Source of the DNA: Thermoplasmata archaeon
GTDB lineage: Archaea; Thermoplasmatota; E2; DHVEG-1; B18-G2
Length of the DNA: 40,851 nucleotides
Assembly: GCA_021161865.1 (NCBI GenBank)
Contig: JAGGZU010000124.1
Location: 1-40,851 of the forward strand
Direction: 5' to 3'
Both the position numbers and the translations under genes were made by a program. This document shows, piece after piece, positions 8,151-15,370 of this stretch (its first letter is position 1; the number at the start of each line of letters is the position of its first letter). The notes beneath the pieces are model-generated. The model worked only from the letters and a program-made list of their open reading frames with translations. It searched no databases and had not been told where the DNA came from.

Positions 8151-9521
8151 ATGAATTATCTACTAAACCCTGCATTCATGGGTAAGGTTCTGAAAAGTTA
8201 CCTTTTTGATTTAAACAGAATCTGGGGTATAAATGAAAAGGAGTTACGTGAATATCAGGAGAGACAGATAAAAAAGATGATAAAGTATAGCTACGAAAAC
8301 ATTCCTTTTTACAGAAAAAAATATCAGAAAGCTGGAGTGCATCCTAAGGATATAGAAACCCTTGATGACTTAAGGAAGTTACCTTTTGTGTCAAAGGATG
8401 AGTTGCGTAAATGTTCACAAAAGGAGATCACACCTTCTTCACAGAAAAATCTTATCAAAACATCAACCTCAGGCACCATGGGCAAACCTGTCTCGGTTTA
8501 TGTCAGCATGCATGAGATTGTGATGGGATTGCTTGGTTACCTTAGAACGCTTAAGGAACATGGTATAAACTGGAGGAATGACAGGATAGTGCTTCTCCTT
8601 GATTTAAGACGTAACAGCGCTGAAAGAAAATACCTGAACGAAGGGGTTATACCTGGTTTCAAGCCTTTTTTTTCCTTTGAAAATATCCGTATCTACAGTT
8701 TCAAGGTTGATTCAGAGAAACTAATAAGGGAGCTTGATGAGTTTCAACCAGATTTCATAGGAGGGTATACCGGTAAACTCGTTAATCTGGCTTTACTTAA
8801 AGAAAAGGGTTTTGGTAAAAATGTTGCTCCAAGAGTTGTGGGTTCAAGTGGCAATACCCTAGATAAATATCTGAGGATGCTCATTGAGGAGGCTTTTAAC
8901 ACACGTTTGTTTGAAGCCTATGGTGCAACAGAGTCTGGACCGATAGCCTTTGAATGCCATGACAGAAAACTTCACATCCATGGTGACCTGGTTTACGCTG
9001 AGTTTATAAACAATGGTAAAGTGGTTAGCAATGAACCTGGCAATATTGTTGTCACGAAACTATATGGAGGTGGCACACCTATAATAAGGTACACTGGGAT
9101 AAACGACGTTGTTGCTCCATCAAAGGAGAAATGCAGCTGTGCAGCTGGAGGTGGTTTGATAAAGAAGATTTATGGTAGAGACAACTGGTATCTTATTTTC
9201 TCAGATGGAAGAATAATGTTACCCTCCGCTGTATCTGAGATCTTCAGCAGAGTTGTCTATGAGTTTAAAACAAGGATGATTCGGCAGTTTGAGGTGACTC
9301 AACATACTGTTAACAAGTTAGAGGTTAAGGTTGTTGTAGATGAAAAGTTAAGTGAAGGTGTTTCAACAGCTGAGGTTTTTTCCATGATTAAATCAGGTTT
9401 CTATGAGAAGGTTGACTCTGATTTGAAGGTAGATGTAAAGAAGGTTGATAAAATAGAGAGCGGCAGGTACCTGATATCTAAGGTAGATAAAAACAGGTTT
9501 GACCATAAAATCTATATCTAG
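8151..9521 (+). CDS. Adenylate-forming enzyme of the PaaK / F390 synthetase-like family, copy 2
   Basis: It has TSTSGTMGKPV and YSYENIPFYRKKYQKAGVHPKDIETLDDLRKLPFVSKDELR, and is collinear with copy 1. Confidence 0.75.
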   Translation: MNYLLNPAFMGKVLKSYLFDLNRIWGINEKELREYQERQIKKMIKYSYENIPFYRKKYQKAGVHPKDIETLDDLRKLPFVSKDELRKCSQKEITPSSQKNLIKTSTSGTMGKPVSVYVSMHEIVMGLLGYLRTLKEHGINWRNDRIVLLLDLRRNSAERKYLNEGVIPGFKPFFSFENIRIYSFKVDSEKLIRELDEFQPDFIGGYTGKLVNLALLKEKGFGKNVAPRVVGSSGNTLDKYLRMLIEEAFNTRLFEAYGATESGPIAFECHDRKLHIHGDLVYAEFINNGKVVSNEPGNIVVTKLYGGGTPIIRYTGINDVVAPSKEKCSCAAGGGLIKKIYGRDNWYLIFSDGRIMLPSAVSEIFSRVVYEFKTRMIRQFEVTQHTVNKLEVKVVVDEKLSEGVSTAEVFSMIKSGFYEKVDSDLKVDVKKVDKIESGRYLISKVDKNRFDHKIYI

Positions 9522-9570
9522 GTTTTAGAATACAATAAAAAACTATTTAAGCGCAGTATATATTAGTATG

Positions 9571-9584
9571 TTAACAATTGTTAA
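9571..9584. promoter_or_regulatory. Perfect 14-bp palindrome TTAACAATTGTTAA between a TATA-like box and the start of the small Cys-protein gene
   Basis: Read directly from the sequence. TATATATTA lies at about 9557-9565, GGAGGT at 9588-9593 and the ATG at 9601. Confidence 0.4.
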
Positions 9585-9600
9585 AAGGGAGGTAACAAAA

Positions 9601-9768
9601 ATGAAGGTTATATTATGTGGCGGCGGAACATGTGAGACTGTTAAGAACTGTCCAGCTGTTGAAATCAACGGAGATGTTGTAACCATTGGAGAAGACGAAA
9701 ACACCTGTACCTTAACATTGGAACAGTTCAACATAATGAAGGAAAAGATACTGGCTGGAGAACTATAA
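9601..9768 (+). CDS. Small (55 aa) four-cysteine protein, unknown family
   Basis: The ATG at 9601 is preceded by GGAGGT. The sequence is MKVILCGGGTCETVKNCPAVEINGDVVTIGEDENTCTL... The track start at 9568 was trimmed. Confidence 0.5.
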   Translation: MKVILCGGGTCETVKNCPAVEINGDVVTIGEDENTCTLTLEQFNIMKEKILAGEL

Positions 9769-9779
9769 ACCAGCCTCTT

Positions 9780-10091
9780 CTACCTATTTTTTAAAAAACC
9801 TTTACTTATCATCAACTTACATAGCCTGCAAGTTTCTTTTTCTATCTCATCTTTCCCATTTTCAACGATGTTTTCCACAGCCCTTCCAATCTCCTGTATT
9901 AACTCCTCATCCTTTATCTCCACATTACCTCTTTTACCAGAAAGGTAATAGGATACCGCTGCCTCTGTTAAATCCAAAAGAGAGGCTATCTCACGTTGAG
10001 AAAAACCATATTTCTCATGAAGCACACGGGCAAACTCCTTCCTGATAATTGGTAAAATATACCAGACTACCTTCTCACACGGGAGTTTCAT
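9780..10091 (-). CDS. Small HTH transcriptional regulator with a C-terminal CxxC
   Basis: GFSQREIASLLDLTEAAVSYYLSGKRG is a helix-turn-helix segment, and the C-terminus carries CRLC. It is the last gene of the redox-island strand. Confidence 0.6.
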   Translation of the reverse strand: MKLPCEKVVWYILPIIRKEFARVLHEKYGFSQREIASLLDLTEAAVSYYLSGKRGNVEIKDEELIQEIGRAVENIVENGKDEIEKETCRLCKLMISKGFLKNR

Positions 10092-10107
10092 GAAACCACC
10101 AAATACA

Positions 10108-10755
10108 TCATTCAGTATTATGTGATGGAATATAACCCTGGTGGTTTTGAATGTACATGTCTACACCTTCTTCAATCAACTGTTTGAGAACCTCTTTTCC
10201 CTGCATAGGTGTTTTTTCCCCAAGGAAACCATATCCTGTGGCATAGGCTGGTTTAACTGTTCCTCTGTCATACCCAAATGTGATCAAAGAAAACATGGGC
10301 ACTCCGCCATTATCACCAAGGATATTGTAAACCTTGTAGGAGCGTTTAAGATTTTCATTAACATGATCCAAATTGATATGGATGAGAGTAACATTCACAC
10401 CATTAAACCTTGAAGTTACCACCAAATAGTTTTCCTCAAGCGATGTTAGATTAAAAAGTGAAGCAACCATTGGATCCATCTGATCACATGCTGCGCAGGC
10501 ATCTGTCCTGTAATGGAGAAGAACAACACCTTTGCTCAGGTTTTCAAGAACGAAATCGGGGAAGGGCTCATTATTAGCAGTTTCAAAGGAGAAACTCAAA
10601 ACCGTTTTAGGTTCAAGTTTAATACAGCTTAAACAAAGCACGGAAACAATAGTGGACTGAACATGCTCATAGGTATCTGTAGCAAAGAAAAGGTAGCCAA
10701 ATGACGATGAAAATGTAATTATAAGAACTATTTGAACTACAAGAAGTTTTTTCAT
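10108..10755 (-). CDS. Membrane-anchored thioredoxin-fold protein (CAAC active site, plus an additional CLSC)
   Basis: It has an N-terminal TM/signal segment MKKLLVVQIVLIITFSSSFGYLFFA. The Trx-like core is VVLLHYRTDACAACDQM...GGVPMF, including a cis-Pro. It shares an ATGA overlap with the upstream NapH-like gene. Confidence 0.65.
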   Translation of the reverse strand: MKKLLVVQIVLIITFSSSFGYLFFATDTYEHVQSTIVSVLCLSCIKLEPKTVLSFSFETANNEPFPDFVLENLSKGVVLLHYRTDACAACDQMDPMVASLFNLTSLEENYLVVTSRFNGVNVTLIHINLDHVNENLKRSYKVYNILGDNGGVPMFSLITFGYDRGTVKPAYATGYGFLGEKTPMQGKEVLKQLIEEGVDMYIQNHQGYIPSHNTE

Positions 10756-11561
10756 GATCCCACCTTAAACTTTATTATCTTCTGTGGACAAACATCTATA
10801 CATTTGCCACACAATATACATTCTGGGCTTCTGTTCATATTCGGTACATCTATCCCCATTGGACAGGCATCGCTACATAGATTACAATGGAGGCATTTAT
10901 CCGTCTCTATATCTATATGAAGCAAACTGACTTTGTTGAAAGGCGCTAAAAGTGCACCAAGTGGACAAAAGTATTTACACCAGCCTCTACCAGACAGGAT
11001 GATCAAGATGATAAAAAACACAAATATGATCAATGCAACCAAAAAAAACTGGTTTGGTGTAAACTCCCCAAAATTCAAGATTAAAATCGGTATAGTACCC
11101 GTTAGGAAACCAACTGGGCAGATGTCGGTGAACATGAAACCTATGAAATAGGTGGTTAAAAAAACAAGAAGCACAAGGTTAACGTACTTTATGTACCTTG
11201 CATACGGTAGAATAGATGGGGCAAACCTCTGAGAGATTTTTTTAATGGTTTTCCTCTGAGAAATCGGATAGGTTATCCTCTGCAAAAGACCTATTGGACA
11301 AGCCCAGCCACAGATTGCCCTGCCAAACACCATACCGATAACGCCGAAAAATACAAGTGGATATAACAGAAGATTCCAATCTAGTTTCCCCTTATAAACC
11401 GCATGTTCAATAGTACCCAGTGGACAACCAGCAGAGGCAGCAGGACAACCGTGACAGTAAAAAAAAGGGTAACAGAAACCTGTTTTTATCTTAAATGCCC
11501 CAAGATTAGCTAAGATTAGAAAAAATGTTTGTGACAGCAGTCTTTTGATTTGGAGACGCAT
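10752..11561 (-). CDS. NapH/MauN-type integral-membrane polyferredoxin
   Basis: It has two CX3CP motifs (CGWACP, CKYFCP), several hydrophobic helices and a C-terminal 2x[4Fe-4S] domain (CLHCNLCSDACP, CILCGKCIDVCP). I used the ATG at 11561, since the track start at 11564 is TTG. Confidence 0.75.
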   Translation of the reverse strand: MRLQIKRLLSQTFFLILANLGAFKIKTGFCYPFFYCHGCPAASAGCPLGTIEHAVYKGKLDWNLLLYPLVFFGVIGMVFGRAICGWACPIGLLQRITYPISQRKTIKKISQRFAPSILPYARYIKYVNLVLLVFLTTYFIGFMFTDICPVGFLTGTIPILILNFGEFTPNQFFLVALIIFVFFIILIILSGRGWCKYFCPLGALLAPFNKVSLLHIDIETDKCLHCNLCSDACPMGIDVPNMNRSPECILCGKCIDVCPQKIIKFKVGS

Positions 11562-11570
11562 CAACGTCTC
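11553..11570 (-). other. Predicted mRNA hairpin (GAGACG-UUGAUG-CGUCUC) with the NapH-like start codon in its loop
   Basis: There is a 6-bp perfect inverted repeat at 11553-11558 and 11565-11570. The loop contains the TTG/ATG start, and the 5' arm overlaps a GGAGAG SD-like element. Confidence 0.3.
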
Positions 11571-11572
11571 TC

Positions 11573-12064
11573 CTATGTTTTTCTCCTGATCAAAATCACT
11601 GTTGTCATCAATGCCACAATAGCAATAAACAGTTCAAACCCTGGTGTACCTCCCGAACCACCGTTACTGGATGATGAGTCACCATTTTGAGAGGAACCAA
11701 CAGTGACATTGTACATGTTGCTCTCCACATTCTCACCATTAACCTCAGCAAACACCTTGTAGTGGAAATAGGCGGTGTCATCCCCAAGTGTGTAGGTTGC
11801 TGTATAGTTACCATCACCAGTTGAGGTCATAGCTACCTCTTCAGGTAGATGACATATTGTTTTAGTGCACTCCTCAACCCACAATGTTACATTAGAAACG
11901 TTTCCACCATTAACAGTTGCATAAAATGTCACTGTTGAACCTACGGTAGGCGAAGACGGAGTGTAACTTGTTGATATCACATCGCTGCCCTGAGCAACTG
12001 CTGCACCCATGGAGAACAGAAGCATCAATACACCTGCAATGGTTACTGTTTTTACCATACTCAT
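11573..12064 (-). CDS. Secreted/surface protein with a C-terminal PGF-CTERM archaeosortase sorting signal
   Basis: The signal peptide is MSMVKTVTIAGVLMLLFSMGAAVAQG. There are several N-x-S/T sequons and a Ser/Gly linker. The C-terminus is PGFELFIAIVALMTTVILIRRKT. I chose the ATG at 12064, which has an upstream GGTGAGGT; the track start is 12085. Confidence 0.75.
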   Translation of the reverse strand: MSMVKTVTIAGVLMLLFSMGAAVAQGSDVISTSYTPSSPTVGSTVTFYATVNGGNVSNVTLWVEECTKTICHLPEEVAMTSTGDGNYTATYTLGDDTAYFHYKVFAEVNGENVESNMYNVTVGSSQNGDSSSSNGGSGGTPGFELFIAIVALMTTVILIRRKT

Positions 12065-12129
12065 ACAAACCTCACCCTTCCACATTTATCTTCGACATCA
12101 GGAGATTGTAAGTTGTTAATCCAGAATTA

Positions 12130-12351
12130 CTATAAATAATATTCCCCCTCTTTATTTACAACAACAATCTTTGAAACACCTACAACATGATAAGAGTTAT
12201 AGATGCCTTTGTCATCGATCACAAAACTCCATTTGTTAACCTTTCCATAAACGCTTTGTATCTCCTGAGATGCGCCACCAACCACAACAGACACTATAAC
12301 CGCATTATTAACTAATTCTGCAACACAAAAACTGTATAAGACAAACAACAA
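12130..12351 (-). CDS. Possible orphan fragment resembling the C-terminal half of a TlpA-like thioredoxin fold (may be frameshifted or a pseudogene)
   Basis: The only start is TTG and there is no ATG in the ORF. KWSFVIDDKG...VVGVSKIVVVNKEGEY resembles the C-terminal beta-strands of TlpA/redoxin proteins. An SD plus ATG at 12367 opens a different frame (MKHNVVVVC...) that stops after 19 codons. Confidence 0.3.
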   Translation of the reverse strand: MLFVLYSFCVAELVNNAVIVSVVVGGASQEIQSVYGKVNKWSFVIDDKGIYNSYHVVGVSKIVVVNKEGEYYL

Positions 12352-12377
12352 CCACGTTGTGTTTCATTCCTCACCAC

Positions 12378-13601
12378 CTATGGAAGAAGTATAAAGGTCT
12401 TCACAGCCATCCTTGTCTCAGATGTTTTCCCCTCATTATCCAGAGCTTTTACCTTAAGGGTGTGTTTACCAAACAGTGGACCATGCAGAGCAAAGGTATA
12501 CTCCTTATTCTCCATTTTACCAGTGTCCTGCACAGTCTGCTTAAGAGAGTTGTCAACATAAAACTCCAGTTTTATGGAATCACCGTCATCATTAACCAGC
12601 ACACTTACATCGGTTTTTCCAATGACCCAGGTGTTGCCAAGCAGCGACCAAATAAGGGGTTTTGAATGAAGGTTAACCTTGCCTTTTTTTGGCGAGGAAA
12701 ACCCCACCTGAGGTGGTAGATTACCTTCGCCTACACGCTGCATAACCATTGCATCAACCTGATGGGCAGAGAAGTCATGTGTATCCTGTGGTGGATCCGC
12801 ATACATTTTGGTTAAACTCTGAGAAAACACTACCGCGGTTGCAACAAGGTTGTCTTTGTCAACCGGCTTGTATTTTGATGCGTTCCAGTCTGATGAAAAG
12901 TTTTTGTTTTCACCTGATTTGATTGACAAGGGAGTGTCAAGGGTGTAGTCCAAGAACGCAAAACGGTAGGGCTTACCATCATAATCATACCATCTTGAGT
13001 TCGCCTCCACAAGATAAACTCTTAATATGCCGTCATAGACTTTACTTTCGTTGTTGGTTACAGAAACCTCTGTGTGAAGTAAACTTGTGTTTTCATCCCA
13101 TGACATAGAGAGGGTTAAACCAAGGTCTGGTTTCCTCTGTTTTGCAAGAGATGCTATGATGCTTTCAACCTGTGATTTGCTGTAATCGGAGCCGTAAATC
13201 ACCTTCTCTCCACCATTCAAAAAAACCGTAGGGAAACCGAGAACGTTGTAATCGTCGGTTAATCTTTTTTTTGCCTTTGAGTTTCTATCATAAACCAAGC
13301 TCACTACGGATACGGGGTATTTACCCTCATCGTATATGTTATACAGGATTGAACCGATTTTTGGACAATACTTGCAGGTTGTACCGGTTGCAAACTCGCA
13401 GAAAACAGGAGAATACGTTTCTGTTTCCTCCCGAGTATTGTTTCCGTTGTCCGTCTCATTGGATGATGAATCTGATGACGGAGCCTCAGGTTGATACGGT
13501 GTGACGTTTTCTGAGGTATAACGTGGGAAAAACACTATACTTAACAACAGTATGATGGCTATGAAGATGGCTGTTTTCTCTCGGTTTGAAAGTTTACGCA
13601 C
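12378..13601 (-). CDS. Membrane-anchored extracytoplasmic protein: thioredoxin/glutaredoxin-like domain (CKYC) followed by beta-rich (Ig-like) domains
   Basis: GTG start. TM anchor TAIFIAIILLLSIVFF, a Ser/Asn/Glu-rich linker, FCEFATGTTCKYCPKIG...GFPTVFLNGG, then about 250 aa of beta-strand-like sequence. Confidence 0.65.
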   Translation of the reverse strand: MRKLSNREKTAIFIAIILLLSIVFFPRYTSENVTPYQPEAPSSDSSSNETDNGNNTREETETYSPVFCEFATGTTCKYCPKIGSILYNIYDEGKYPVSVVSLVYDRNSKAKKRLTDDYNVLGFPTVFLNGGEKVIYGSDYSKSQVESIIASLAKQRKPDLGLTLSMSWDENTSLLHTEVSVTNNESKVYDGILRVYLVEANSRWYDYDGKPYRFAFLDYTLDTPLSIKSGENKNFSSDWNASKYKPVDKDNLVATAVVFSQSLTKMYADPPQDTHDFSAHQVDAMVMQRVGEGNLPPQVGFSSPKKGKVNLHSKPLIWSLLGNTWVIGKTDVSVLVNDDGDSIKLEFYVDNSLKQTVQDTGKMENKEYTFALHGPLFGKHTLKVKALDNEGKTSETRMAVKTFILLP

Positions 13602-13673
13602 TAAAATCCCATATAACCTTATTAAATTAATCCCTTTAAGTTTTTTTGCTTCACTTATTGTATAGAATGAGAA

Positions 13674-14282
13674 TCATTCCTCAATATACTCCCCAAATGC
13701 TTCTCTTACATCCTGCTCCGTTTCAGAGCCATACGCAGCATCAACATCTATAGATAGTATGATTACATCTCCTTTATCCAGCTTCACCTTATGAAGCTCT
13801 GGCATCTGTTGATGACAGGGAGGACATCTTACGGCCATAAAATCCAGTATGACCACCTTGCCATGATGCTCAGACAGTGTAAAGGTTTCTCCATTGAACG
13901 TCTTTAGAGTGAAATCAGGTGCTGGACCAAGTGTATGTGTAGGGTTCTGTGCCTCCTCAATTAAATCAAGAAGCTGAGATTCTGTATGCACTCCTGCTTC
14001 TTTATGAATAATGTCTCCATTTACGTCAACAACAACAAGAGTAGGTATGTATCCTGTACGGTATTCCTCGTAGTTTCCCACACGGACAGTGTTTGTATCC
14101 AGTGCAAACAGCCATTTTCCAGACTGCGGCTGTCCAGTGGGTGTCTCATGAGATGTTAATGCAAGTATGAGAGCTCCAGCGGTTATAATAAGAATTGCCA
14201 GCAAAACCAACCCATATTTTGAGTTGAATTTTTTTAATGCACCTCTATTTTCTATTTTTTTATTTGCTCTTTTCCTAGTCAT
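13674..14282 (-). CDS. Membrane-anchored TlpA/redoxin-like thiol-disulfide oxidoreductase (CPPC), with apparently circularly permuted domain order
   Basis: TM anchor GLVLLAILIITAGALILAL. Next comes YIPTLVVVDVNGDIIHKEAG...LLDLIEEA, which is normally the C-terminal part. Then comes APDFTLKTFNGETFTLSEHHGKVVILDFMAVRCPPCHQQMPEL, which is normally the N-terminal part. Confidence 0.65.
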   Translation of the reverse strand: MTRKRANKKIENRGALKKFNSKYGLVLLAILIITAGALILALTSHETPTGQPQSGKWLFALDTNTVRVGNYEEYRTGYIPTLVVVDVNGDIIHKEAGVHTESQLLDLIEEAQNPTHTLGPAPDFTLKTFNGETFTLSEHHGKVVILDFMAVRCPPCHQQMPELHKVKLDKGDVIILSIDVDAAYGSETEQDVREAFGEYIEE

Positions 14283-14303
14283 TTATATCTTCATCTAATT
14301 TTA

Positions 14304-14708
14304 TTATAAATATGGACTAAGTTTTGCCTTTAACATAGGCTTAGGCATTGCACCTATTATTTTATCCACGAGTTTACCGTTTTTGAAAACCATGAGAGTG
14401 GGTATGCTCATTATCTGGTATTTCATTGCTGTGAGCTGGTTTTCATCTACATTCAGCTTTGCAAAAACAACCTTTCCTTTCATCTCCTTTGCCATTTCTT
14501 CAATCGCTGGTGCAATCATAAGACAAGGTGCACACCACTCTGCCCAGCAGTCCACAACAACAAGATTATATTTGGATACAACTGCGTCTAAATCCTTGTC
14601 TGTCACATGTACTGGTTTATCTGGGTACTCTGGCACGTTATCACCTTTTGAAAACTTTTGCTGTAACTCCTCCAGTTTTTTTCTTCTCAGTATCTCTAAC
14701 TCATCCAT
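14304..14708 (-). CDS. trxA: Thioredoxin (cytoplasmic, WCAPC active site)
   Basis: VVVDCWAEWCAPCLMIAPAIEEMAKE...KLNVDEN...MSIPTLMVFKNGKLV is classic thioredoxin. No signal peptide or TM segment is present. Confidence 0.85.
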   Translation of the reverse strand: MDELEILRRKKLEELQQKFSKGDNVPEYPDKPVHVTDKDLDAVVSKYNLVVVDCWAEWCAPCLMIAPAIEEMAKEMKGKVVFAKLNVDENQLTAMKYQIMSIPTLMVFKNGKLVDKIIGAMPKPMLKAKLSPYL

Positions 14709-14741
14709 GTGTTGGGCGTAATGCAGATCTCATATATAAGG

Positions 14742-14762
14742 TTGTGCATAAATCTTGCACAA
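14742..14762. promoter_or_regulatory. Inverted repeat TTGTGCA-N7-TGCACAA in the trx / wHTH-regulator divergent promoter region
   Basis: The 7-bp arms are perfect. The repeat is flanked by TATA-like boxes, CATATATAAG (14731-14740) and GTTATATATC (14765-14774). Confidence 0.4.
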
Positions 14763-14797
14763 TCGTTATATATCAAAAAGTAATTCAACAAAAGGCA

Positions 14798-15157
14798 ATG
14801 GATGAAACAAATGCAAGATGCTCTGACATACTGAAGATGATGTTTAACCTAAAGGATGTTGACCTTGAAACCTACAAACACGTTATCACCATAGGTGAAG
14901 TGAGAGCAGATGAACTCGCAAACAAGGTTGGAAAAGACAGGACAACCGTCTACCGCTCCCTTGAGAGACTGGTAAAATCAGGTTTATGCGAAAAAAAGAA
15001 GATGACACTAAAAAACGGGGGAAACTACTATTTGTATGTTTATAGAGAGCCAACGGCGGTGAAAAAAATGCTTCAACAATGTGTAGAGGAATGGTACTAC
15101 TCCATGAAAAACACTTTAAATGAGCTTGAAAGACACCTTACTGAGTTAGACTTCTAA
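14798..15157 (+). CDS. Winged-HTH transcriptional regulator (TrmB/MarR-like)
   Basis: EVRADELANKVGKDRTTVYRSLERLVKSGL is a wHTH recognition region. I trimmed the track ORF (14528) to the ATG at 14798, because the extension is antisense to trxA. Confidence 0.65.
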   Translation: MDETNARCSDILKMMFNLKDVDLETYKHVITIGEVRADELANKVGKDRTTVYRSLERLVKSGLCEKKKMTLKNGGNYYLYVYREPTAVKKMLQQCVEEWYYSMKNTLNELERHLTELDF

Positions 15158-15370
15158 TTCTTCTTCCAACCACAAAATTCTTTGCAACCTCCTCAATCTC
15201 CAGCGCCTGGTTTTTATCGGATACTAATCCAACCAACATCATCTTCTCATTCACCTCATGTAAAACTTTGTATTTCTCTTTATAAACGGCTTGTTGTACA
15301 AACGTTACCCGAAACGTTTTAATTAGGGTACTTTATTCACCTACCCACTTGTTTGTAAAGGGGGCATGAT

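Noticed and set aside
14528-14797. Long N-terminal extension of the wHTH regulator ORF, and the 112-aa ORF 14383..14721
   Set aside because: Both are antisense to the strongly supported thioredoxin gene and have low-complexity composition.
15158-15336. A short minus-strand reading frame in the regulator-pepD intergenic region (...KEKYKVLHEVNEKMMLVGLVSDKNQALEIEEVAKNF...)
   Set aside because: It spans fewer than 60 codons and has no convincing start, SD or recognisable family. I cannot support it as a gene from the sequence alone.
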